A stretch of DNA of 64,000 bases, taken from assembly GCA_963674865.2 (NCBI GenBank), contig CAXXYE010000009.1:32001-96000 (forward strand), given 5' to 3'. The position numbers and the translations under genes were made by a program. Shown here piece by piece: positions 19,769-28,055 of this stretch (position 1 is its first letter; every line of letters begins with the position of its first letter). The notes below the pieces were generated by a model. It searched no databases and had not been told where the DNA came from. It saw nothing but the letters and a program-made list of their open reading frames with translations. The DNA comes from Candidatus Hydrogenedentota bacterium (GTDB lineage Bacteria > Hydrogenedentota > Hydrogenedentia > Hydrogenedentales > SLHB01).

Positions 19769-20647
19769 CTACTCGATAACCTTCCGAATGCTCACGGGGG
19801 CGTTTTGGGATTCGGCGATCTCGTCGGACAGGCTGCGCATGTTGGCGGCGCACTCGACAAAGCCGGAGCTTTGGACGAGCACGAGGCGCTCGCCGGTAGG
19901 GACATCACCGTAGGCGCTGACGAATGTGGCTTGGTAATGGGCTTTGCCGATGGTTATGTCGAGGGTGTCGCCGCGCTTGATGCGGAGGCGTTGAAGTTGC
20001 TGACGAGTGATGTTCGTCACGAGGTTGCCGTAGATATCTTTGCGGACGACGGCGCCGAGGGCTGCGCCTTGCTTGACCTCGCTCACGGGAACGTCTAGCT
20101 CGATCATCTTCTCGAGTTCTGGCCCCGCGTCCTCGATGGCCACGCCGCTGGCGAGCGAGGCGGCCACGGGCCCGAAGATGTCGCGGCCGTGAAACGTGGT
20201 GGACAAGCTGCCCGCGCGCCACAGGGCCTTGTTGCTGCACTCGTGCAATTGCGCGACGCCGTACTCACGCGCCACCAGCGTCAGCAGGCCATTGTCCGGG
20301 CTGACAAAGTACTGGCCAGCCTTGGTTTCCAGGACGATGCACTTGCGATCGGTGCCCACGCCGGGATCGACCACGCAGCAGAAGGTTGTCCCGCGTGGAA
20401 AGGCGCCGCATGCTTCCAGCAGGAGGTGCCCACCCGCGAGAACGTCAAAGGGCGGCACGGAGTTCGTGGCCGTCACCACCTTGGCCTCGGGGAATTTCGA
20501 GTAGATCGCGCCCTTCAGTATGCCGACGTATATCGAGTCCGCCCCATAGTCGGTTAGAAGGACAACCATGCCATTGGGTTTGGCCGCGCCGGAGCCGGCC
20601 CCCGCCAAGAACACCAACAGGATACATAGAAGCGCGCGCGTCTTCAT
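19769..20647 (-). CDS. SAM hydroxide adenosyltransferase / SAM-dependent halogenase family (DUF62) with signal peptide
   Basis: LLTDYG, VVDPGVGTDR, PDNGLL, STTFHGRDIF and DIYGNLVTN motifs; GAGGAGG SD. Confidence 0.9.
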   Translation of the reverse strand: MKTRALLCILLVFLAGAGSGAAKPNGMVVLLTDYGADSIYVGILKGAIYSKFPEAKVVTATNSVPPFDVLAGGHLLLEACGAFPRGTTFCCVVDPGVGTDRKCIVLETKAGQYFVSPDNGLLTLVAREYGVAQLHECSNKALWRAGSLSTTFHGRDIFGPVAASLASGVAIEDAGPELEKMIELDVPVSEVKQGAALGAVVRKDIYGNLVTNITRQQLQRLRIKRGDTLDITIGKAHYQATFVSAYGDVPTGERLVLVQSSGFVECAANMRSLSDEIAESQNAPVSIRKVIE

Positions 20648-21227
20648 GGCGACCTCCTCTTGTTACTAAGCGCTCTCGGGATTTTACTCCGTCCACCACT
20701 TACTCGCACAATTCCGCCTCGTGGCTGTCGATCTCCCATTGCCCGAAGTTGACCTCGACCTTGCCGTCAGAGGAGATGGTGACGCGGCAACATTCGATTC
20801 CGTCCGCTATTGGTGCCAGATCTACTACAAACGCCAATTCTGTCATCGCCAGGCGTCTGCTGTGGAAGACCTAGGCAGGAACTTGCTTGTTTTCCTGCCG
20901 ATTCTCAGCACAATCGGGTGGTTTCCGGGTACAATTGGGTAGAGACACGGCCCATGTGCGGGGAGCGTCTTGAGAGCGACTTTCACTGGGTCACCTGGCT
21001 GTGGTGACATTGGGGCTGGTCTGCCCGGTTGCGGTGGTGTCGTAATGTGGCACGGCAGGCCGGCCCCGACCGCTCCTCGATACGCCTTCCCTCCCGGCCA
21101 AGTCCCTCCGAAGGTACTCCTCCCCGCCGTAAACTCCCGATACATACGTCCTCGCGGCAAAAACTGGGCCGTGGTGCCACAAGGGGCATGAAAGCGACTG
21201 GCAACGCGCGAGAAGATGTCTCAAACG

Positions 21228-21980
21228 CTATGGTCGGCGAGCGATGACGTGGTAGTCGGCCTTATCCTCGGCGAAATCGGTTTGGATGTCACCGAAGCCG
21301 GCGGATTCAAGGCGTTGGAGCAGGTCTTCGGCGTGGAATGGATAGTAGGTGACGACGTGGGAACGGCAGGAGACATTTCCTTCCTCGTCCTCGAAGATAA
21401 GGACGATCTCGACGGTGTGGGGATCCTCCAGCCGCTCCTGCCACGTCCAGATATACAGCGGCGTGCACCGCTTCCCGTCCCGAATTCGCGGCGGCAGCGG
21501 CATGAAACGCCACCGCTCATCGCGCATGCGGCTCCAGTTGCGGTTGTGTAGGAGGAGGGCGCCATGTCTCTTCAGCACATCGCGCATGCCGCAGAAACAC
21601 CGAACCATTTGCTCTTCATCTTTGCAATGGCTGATCGAGCTGCCGTAGCAGATCACAAGGTCGAAGGGCTCCGCGAAAGCCTTCGGGAGCTCTTCCCAAG
21701 CACAGACGGCCAGTGGGATGGCCACACCCGCCTCTTGAGCGTGCCGGCGCGCCTCGGCCACCATGGCGCTGCTCACATCCGCGCCGAAGACGCGGTAGCC
21801 CCGGCGCGCCAAGCCGATGGCATGGGCGCCTATGCCGCAGGCGCAGTCGAGAATGGTGCTTCGAGGGCCTTGCGCTTCCAGCAGAGGCGCGTGCTCCGCC
21901 ATGAACCGTTCCCCGGCGAGGGTCTCATCCGAGTAGAGCCAGTGGTAGTCCGCCGCGAAGGCATCGTATTGCTCGTCCAC
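21228..21980 (-). CDS. class I SAM-dependent methyltransferase (glycine/sarcosine N-methyltransferase-like)
   Basis: ILDCACGIG, GADVSSAMV, FDLVICYGSSISH; GTG start at 21980 with AAAGGGG SD. Confidence 0.85.
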   Translation of the reverse strand: MDEQYDAFAADYHWLYSDETLAGERFMAEHAPLLEAQGPRSTILDCACGIGAHAIGLARRGYRVFGADVSSAMVAEARRHAQEAGVAIPLAVCAWEELPKAFAEPFDLVICYGSSISHCKDEEQMVRCFCGMRDVLKRHGALLLHNRNWSRMRDERWRFMPLPPRIRDGKRCTPLYIWTWQERLEDPHTVEIVLIFEDEEGNVSCRSHVVTYYPFHAEDLLQRLESAGFGDIQTDFAEDKADYHVIARRP

Positions 21981-22138
21981 GGTCTTGTCCCCTTTCACCT
22001 CATGCACCCATGACGGCGGCTTGGCGACACGTTCAGTATACACCAGACTTGCCCCGGGCAGCCGGGCCTTCTTGAACCACGCCGCCAATCACACTATGAT
22101 CCGTGCTGGTTGTGTATCGAACGTGGGGATGACGCAGC

Positions 22139-23674
22139 ATGCTTGCACGGGTCCAGTCCAGCGCTGTTCTTGGGATCGAAGGGCTGCCCTTGGCGGTCGA
22201 GGTGGACAATCACCCGGGCACCAACCAGTTCGTCATGGTGGGCCTGCCCGACCTCGCCGTAAAGGAGAGCAAGGAGCGCGTCGGATCCGCCCTCAAGAAC
22301 TCCGGCTTCCGGTATCCCCGCGGGGTCGTCATCGTCAACCTCGCGCCCGCCAACGTCCGCAAAGAGGGCAGCGCCCTCGACCTGCCCATCGCCGTCGGCA
22401 TGATGGCCGCCAGCGAGCAGATCGAAGGTATGCGCTTCGCGGAGTACAGCCTCGTGGGCGAGTTGGCCCTTGACGGCTCCATCCGCCCCGTGGCGGGCGT
22501 GTTGCCCATGGCCCTCGCCGCGCGGGATCAGGGGCTCCGCGGCATCGTCGTGCCGATGGCCAACGCCGAGGAGGCGGGCGTGGTTCAGGGCGTCGAGGCG
22601 ATCCCCGTGCGGACGCTGGACGAGGCCGCGGCATTCATGTCCGGGACGAGTATGATCCAGCCTTACGTGACGGACGTGCGCGGCCTATTGGACACGGCCC
22701 GCCGCCAGGTCCCCGACCTGAACGAGGTCAAAGGCCAAGAGCACGTGAAGCGGGCGTTAACCGTCGTCGCCGCGGGCGGCCATAACCTGCTCATGGTGGG
22801 CCCGCCGGGCACGGGCAAGACGATGCTGGCCGCGCGCCTTCCGGGCATCCTGCCAGACATGACATTCGAAGAGGCCCTCGAAACCACCCAGGTGTACAGC
22901 GTGGCCGGGATGGTCGCGAAACAAGGGGGCTTGGTCGTCCAGCGGCCCTTCCGCGCGCCGCACCATACCGCGACGACGGTGTCGATCTCGGGCGGCGGGC
23001 ACGGCCTTCAGCCCCTCCCGGGCGAAGTCAGCATGGCGCACAATGGCGTGCTCTTTCTCGACGAATTGCCCGAGTTCAACCGCGCCGCCCTCGAGGTGCT
23101 CCGGCAACCTCTCGAAGAAGGGCTGGTGCACATCCGCCGCGCCATGTACTCGGTGACGTTTCCGAGCCGGTTCATGCTCGTGGTGGCGATGAATCCGTGT
23201 CCGTGCGGATGCCGGACGGACACGCGACGGCAGTGCCGGTGCACGGTGGGCGAGATCCAGCGTTACATGAACCGCCTGTCCGGCCCGCTGCTCGACCGCA
23301 TAGACATCCACGTGGACGTGCCAGCCCTCTCTTTCGAGGAACTGTCGGACGAGCGGCCCAGCGGCCCGACGAGCGCGGAGGTGCGCAGCCAGGTGCAGGA
23401 GGCCCGCGAACGCCAGCGGGCACGACACAATGGCTCCGTGGCCTGCAACGCCCATCTCGACTCCGCCGCGCTGCGGGCGCATTGCCGCCTCGGCGACAGT
23501 GCCAAGAAACTCCTCGAAAACGCCCTCGACCGCCTCGGATTCAGTGCCCGCGCCTACGACAAAGTCCTCCGAGTCGCTCGCACCCTCGCCGACCTCGACG
23601 GCGCCGACGCCATCGCCGACAATCACGTCGCTGAAGCCATCCAGTACCGAAGTCTGGATAGGGAATTGTTTTGA
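22139..23674 (+). CDS. comM: YifB/ComM Mg-chelatase-like AAA+ ATPase
   Basis: VGLPDLAVKES, NLAPANVRKEGS..DLPIA, GPPGTGKT, FRAPHH, LFLDELPEF, AMNPCPCG, SGPLLDRID. Confidence 0.95.
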   Translation: MLARVQSSAVLGIEGLPLAVEVDNHPGTNQFVMVGLPDLAVKESKERVGSALKNSGFRYPRGVVIVNLAPANVRKEGSALDLPIAVGMMAASEQIEGMRFAEYSLVGELALDGSIRPVAGVLPMALAARDQGLRGIVVPMANAEEAGVVQGVEAIPVRTLDEAAAFMSGTSMIQPYVTDVRGLLDTARRQVPDLNEVKGQEHVKRALTVVAAGGHNLLMVGPPGTGKTMLAARLPGILPDMTFEEALETTQVYSVAGMVAKQGGLVVQRPFRAPHHTATTVSISGGGHGLQPLPGEVSMAHNGVLFLDELPEFNRAALEVLRQPLEEGLVHIRRAMYSVTFPSRFMLVVAMNPCPCGCRTDTRRQCRCTVGEIQRYMNRLSGPLLDRIDIHVDVPALSFEELSDERPSGPTSAEVRSQVQEARERQRARHNGSVACNAHLDSAALRAHCRLGDSAKKLLENALDRLGFSARAYDKVLRVARTLADLDGADAIADNHVAEAIQYRSLDRELF

Positions 23675-23737
23675 TCTAGGAATCGAGGCCGAAGTTCAGA
23701 CTCCGTTCGGCCCGAAGTTCATCGCAGGAGACGTGTT

Positions 23738-24511
23738 ATGACCCGAGGCATGCTCCCAGATAGAGAGTTGACGCAGATAGAGAAGGAGCTGATCCCGGTA
23801 ATTCCATTGCGCGAAAGAGCCTTGGCGATGGCCCCGGATCTCATCAGTGCGTCGTTTCCTGCGACTAGCGAAGTCCCGGTCGCTGCCGTTTGCTTCCAGG
23901 ACGCCACGAGAGTGCTGTGCGAATGTCGAACTGCGCTCTACGAGTGCTATACACACGGAATCTACTACAGGCAATACAAATCCCCTCCTCAGGAGTCAAC
24001 TGCCACCAGCATGGAGCAGTTTTTCCTGAGCGATCTGGCCCTCCGTCTTTACCCCGCCGGTGAACATCTCGCCAGTGCAATCATATTTGCGCTCGAGATC
24101 ACCGAAGCTGATTTGGCGCGTTACAAGAACGGTCGCGCCTCAATACAGTTGGTCGTTGGCAATTATCTGATCAACGAGCAGCCGAAATCCTTGGTTACTC
24201 AAGCTATCCGAAAGCTGGCTGCATCACGCGAGTGGAAGCTTGCCATGAAGTATCGTGGCGAATATGTGCATGATCAACCGCCCTCCGTAGAGGGGCTTGG
24301 AATCTGGTACAAGCGACAACCACGCTGGACGCGGGATCCCTCGGCCAAGAAGATGACGTTGGCCCTTGGAAGCGGCGACAAGCCGGACTACTCTACCGAG
24401 AGAGTCAGGGAATTCCTTGAAAAAGGGTTCTCTTGCCTGGTTCAGGCAGCAGGTGAGTGCATCGGGTGCTTCGAGCGTGAGTTGCGGAGCAAGAACGTTC
24501 AGCTGCAATAG
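23738..24511 (+). CDS. Cthe_2314-like HEPN domain protein (predicted RNase)
   Basis: Helical protein with FFLSDLALRLY..EHLA and WKLAMKYRGEYVH..P (Rx4H at 24254-24271); AGGAG SD. Confidence 0.6.
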   Translation: MTRGMLPDRELTQIEKELIPVIPLRERALAMAPDLISASFPATSEVPVAAVCFQDATRVLCECRTALYECYTHGIYYRQYKSPPQESTATSMEQFFLSDLALRLYPAGEHLASAIIFALEITEADLARYKNGRASIQLVVGNYLINEQPKSLVTQAIRKLAASREWKLAMKYRGEYVHDQPPSVEGLGIWYKRQPRWTRDPSAKKMTLALGSGDKPDYSTERVREFLEKGFSCLVQAAGECIGCFERELRSKNVQLQ

Positions 24512-24558
24512 CCATTCACGCGGACGCCCTTGGGCGCGGCGAAGTTGAGAGGTGAGCT
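24501..24558 (+). mobile_element. degenerate integron attC-like site
   Basis: AGCT..ATAGCC-ATTCACGCGGACGCCC-TT-GGGCGCGGCGAA..GTGAGCT: imperfect hairpin with extrahelical bases overlapping the upstream stop codon; R boxes degenerate. Confidence 0.45.
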
Positions 24559-24579
24559 TATAAAGGACCTTGTTATAGC

Positions 24580-25314
24580 ATGGATCGGTGGGCGCTATTC
24601 ATTGACATAGAAGGATTCGCGAAGATCTACCCCGCGGATTTCATCCGGGCCATGGTGCCACTACGTGCTCTAATGGAATCCATATACTATGTTGGCGGCC
24701 GCGTGTGCCCCGAGACTCCTGAACGATTGTTCGCCCATCAGATAGGGGACGGATTCATGATTGTCTCAGAGTTCGCTCAGAGAAGTCCGAGATTGCCCGT
24801 TGCCATCGGCGTTTTCTTGCTTCAGCGTGTCCTTCTCGCCGGCGGGATAGCGAAGTGTTCCATTTCGCAGGGCAGTTTCGGCAGTGTCTCAGGCTGCTAC
24901 CCCGACGTGATCCGAGAAAGTGAGGACGAATGCGGTTGCATCCGCCTTGGTGGTGGACTTATGACAATCTTCCCCGTCATGGGGACGGCCCTGATCAACG
25001 CGTATAGGCTTGCAGGAAGAGAGCACGGGAGTCTGCTGATCGTTGACAGCGCTCTGGACACATCCTTGCTTCCCGCAGGAATCTCAGTGACAAAGCAGTC
25101 AGACGAGTACTACATCGTTGATTGGCTCCATGCCGCCTCCCCTGAACTCGATGAAATCCACACAAGGACAGGGATTCCCAACTCTTGTATGGCCGAACTG
25201 GAAGTGCGCGCGGCTGGCTACATTCTCGCGAATCAAGAGGATCTTCCTCGCGAGTGGAAGGAGAACACGCAATCCTACAACCGCTTTCAGGCTGACGGAT
25301 ATGAAGGATGTTGA
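24580..25314 (+). CDS. stand-alone class-III nucleotide cyclase-like protein
   Basis: FIDIEGF (first metal Asp), QIGDG (second Asp) and GTALINAYRL (cf. GxTVNxAxRL). Confidence 0.6.
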   Translation: MDRWALFIDIEGFAKIYPADFIRAMVPLRALMESIYYVGGRVCPETPERLFAHQIGDGFMIVSEFAQRSPRLPVAIGVFLLQRVLLAGGIAKCSISQGSFGSVSGCYPDVIRESEDECGCIRLGGGLMTIFPVMGTALINAYRLAGREHGSLLIVDSALDTSLLPAGISVTKQSDEYYIVDWLHAASPELDEIHTRTGIPNSCMAELEVRAAGYILANQEDLPREWKENTQSYNRFQADGYEGC

Positions 25315-25390
25315 ATTCCAGAACAGGTGCATGGAGAGACCTCCTGTGTGAAGAGGAGTGATCCAGTTCCTGAGGTCCACGCAATATGCA

Positions 25391-25422
25391 GCGTTGTGCA
25401 ACGCACGATGGTGAGGTACACT
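25391..25422 (+). promoter_or_regulatory. sigma70 promoter with overlapping palindromic operator for the TA pair
   Basis: TTGTGC-N17-TACACT; inverted repeat GCGTTG-tg-CAACGC over the -35. Confidence 0.5.
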
Positions 25423-25462
25423 CTATAAGAGCTCGCTGATGGTTGACAGGAGACTGAAAAAG

Positions 25463-25777
25463 ATGTCAGGCAAAACGGTTCTAGCCAGCAGACAAGACGC
25501 CCTGATAGCATTGTGCCGCGCGTATTGCGTCGAGCGGCTCGAGTTATTCGGTTCCGCAACGGGTGAGTCGTTTGACGACAACACAAGCGACCTCGACTTC
25601 CTCGTCACCTTCAAGCCTTGCACGCCAAGTGAGCACTACGAGCGCTATTTCGGGCTTGTCGAGTCACTGGAATCCCTTTTCGGACGGCCCGTGGACCTCG
25701 TCGAAGCGCCTGCCATGCGCAACCCCTACTTCATCCGCCAAGTGAATGAGAGCAAGAGGCCCGTGTATGCCGCATGA
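25463..25777 (+). CDS. MNT (minimal nucleotidyltransferase) antitoxin, MntA-like
   Basis: LFGSAT..SDLDFLV (GSx10DxD), RPVDLV, NPYF. Confidence 0.9.
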   Translation: MSGKTVLASRQDALIALCRAYCVERLELFGSATGESFDDNTSDLDFLVTFKPCTPSEHYERYFGLVESLESLFGRPVDLVEAPAMRNPYFIRQVNESKRPVYAA

Positions 25778-26111
25778 TCCCTGCAAGTTGCTTCACGACG
25801 TGCTGGATTCGTGCCGGTTCCTGACGGAGTTCAGCGCGGGCAGGACGTGTGAAGACTTGCGCAACAACCGCGGCTTCCGCTCTGCCGTGGAGCGCGAGCT
25901 TCAGATTATTGGCGAAGCGGCCATGATGCTCGCCAAGACCTCCCCGGAGGTCGCTAAACGGATAAGCGAGTACCAACGCATCATCCGTTTCCGCCATATA
26001 CTGGTACACGGGTACGACGTCCTTGACTGCGACATCACGTGGACGATTGTTTGCGACAAGGTGCCCGTTCTTGCCGACGAAGTGGAGCACCTTTTGAGGG
26101 AGATGCCGTAG
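25767..26111 (+). CDS. HEPN/DUF86 ribonuclease toxin, HepT-like
   Basis: AVERELQIIGEA and FRHILVHGY (Rx4HxY); overlaps the MNT gene. Confidence 0.9.
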   Translation: MPHDPCKLLHDVLDSCRFLTEFSAGRTCEDLRNNRGFRSAVERELQIIGEAAMMLAKTSPEVAKRISEYQRIIRFRHILVHGYDVLDCDITWTIVCDKVPVLADEVEHLLREMP

Positions 26112-26238
26112 GAAGCACCGCCCGGTGGGAACCGCGACAAGGTGCTCTCTTCTTTCTGTCATACGCCTTTCGCAGGCTGAGGGTGCACCTTGCGGGATGT
26201 ACTTTACATGGCCTGACGCCGGGCTTTAGGCTATCGAC

Positions 26239-27950
26239 ATGAACGTGCTGTGGATGGGTTTGGATTCGGGGGTCGCGGCCTACCGTGAGCGTGGCGGGCG
26301 GCACGCGTTCCGGGTGTTGTCGGCGGCGGAGCCGGCGGATTACACGTTCGCGCCTGAGGAAACCGCCGCGGAGGTGGTGGAGAAGATATCGTCCTCCTGG
26401 CCGGTGGATCTGTTCGTGTGCTGGTTTCCGGAACTCTATCCGCCACCGCGTGCCATCGAGGATTGTCCCGTCAAGACGGCCGCGGCGGTATCGGACTGGA
26501 ATATCTACTCATCGCAAGTCGAGTACAACCTGGCCCGGTTCGACGTGGCGCTGACGGATAAGCCGGGCACGCAGGCGCTCCGGCTGCGGGGGACAACGGC
26601 GCAGTACTTCTTCCCGCTCTACACGCACCTGAGCGCCGTTCACCGCAAGCTCGACATCGAGAAGGATATCGACGTGTTGTTCGTGGGGAACCTGAACCAC
26701 GCGATCCACGTCGAGCGCGGCCGGTGTCTCGAGCGCATCGCCGCGCTGTCGGATCGATACCGCGTCGTGATCTGCGGCGGGCGATTCGGCGATGATTACA
26801 CGCGGCTGCTGAACCGCGCGAAGATCGTGTTCAACCGCTCCGTCCGCCGCGAGATGAATTCCCGCTGCTTCGAGGCGCTGGCGTGCGGATCGCTGCTGTT
26901 CATCGAGGAAGACAACATCGAAGTCGGCGACTACCTCCGAGATCGCGAGGAGGTAGTGCTGTACAACGAAGATAACCTCGTCGCGTTGATCGAGCATTAC
27001 CTGTCCCGTCCGGACGAAGCGGCGCGCATCACCGCTCAGGGGCATGCCAAGGCCGCGTCGTTGGCGGCGGAGAACGACTTGAAGCGCTGGTGGACTGGCT
27101 TGCGGCGCGCCCATCCAGCGGCCGGCGCTTTCGCAGCTTTTCGCCGCGCGAGCGCGCCTTTGCGGAGGTCGTCTTCTACGCGTCAAGCCTTGTCCCCGGC
27201 CAGCAGGCCCTAGCAGAGCGGCTATTGGATAGACACCTCGATGAGTACGGCGATCACGCCGAATTCCCCGCCGCCCGTGCCTGCACGCGCCTGGCGCGGC
27301 TCAACGCGATGGGCGAGGAAGAGCGCAAGTCAGCCACGAAAGACATCCTCGACAACCTGCGCCGGGCGTGTGCATTGGCGCCGGAGGCGGCCCCGCTCTG
27401 GCTGAACCTGGCCTTCGTCTGCCGTCAGGCCAACGCGGCGGATGCGGAACGCCGTTTCCTGGAACTGGCCTTGAAGGCGGATTCCTGCACCCACGGCAAC
27501 CTTTTGATGGGATTCACCCACGATCCTTACTACGTGGCATGGCGGCGTGCGCTTGCCGTGGGGAAGGAACGCGTCGAAATCCTGTGGGCCGCCGCCGCGG
27601 CCCGGCTGGCGGCTATCGAGCTGGGCGCGGGACGCCATGGGCCAGCGCGCACGTGGGCCGATCAGGCCGTAGCGTGGCTGCCGGAGGTCGCCGAGCCTTA
27701 CCGTTTGGGCGCGGCGGCGGAGGTGCATCGCGGACGCCCGGCTGACGCGGCGGCATTGCTCGAACAGGGCCTTCCATGCGCTACGTTCCGGGCGGATTTC
27801 CGCGTGGACATGGTGCTCGCCCTGCGCGACTCCGGCGCCGGGGCACGCGCCCAGGCACTGGCCCTCGAATCGGCACGCCTGTTCGACGCCTGCCCCGACG
27901 AGCCGCAAACGGCCGCGGCCTTTCGGGCCTTGGCGGCGGAGATTGGCTAG
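26239..27950 (+). pseudogene. CgeB/Glyco_trans_1_2 glycosyltransferase plus TPR-like domain, split by a 1-nt frameshift near 27075
   Basis: GT motifs DVLFVGN, KIVFN, NSRCFEALACG. Adding one C at AAC|GA gives AAENRLEALVDWL and joins ORFs 26239-27213 and 27090-27950. Could be an assembly error. Confidence 0.7.
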
Positions 27951-27962
27951 CCGCACGTCCTT

Positions 27963-27991
27963 TTGACTCTCCCGTCAATGTGGCCTACACT
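27963..27991 (+). promoter_or_regulatory. sigma70 promoter with TTGAC-N6-GTCAA palindrome
   Basis: TTGACT-N17-TACACT; the palindrome 27963-27978 covers the -35. Confidence 0.55.
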
Positions 27992-28055
27992 GCGTTCTTT
28001 CAACCTACGCTGGAATGCATCGGGAGCGCGGGAAGACGATTGGGAGTGCCGGACA

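Noticed and set aside
25361..25377. ATCCAGTTCCTGAGGTC resembles the comM 3' sequence ATCCAGTACCGAAGTC (23639-23654), a possible att duplication
   Set aside because: Only a gapped 14/17 match; too weak without comparative data.
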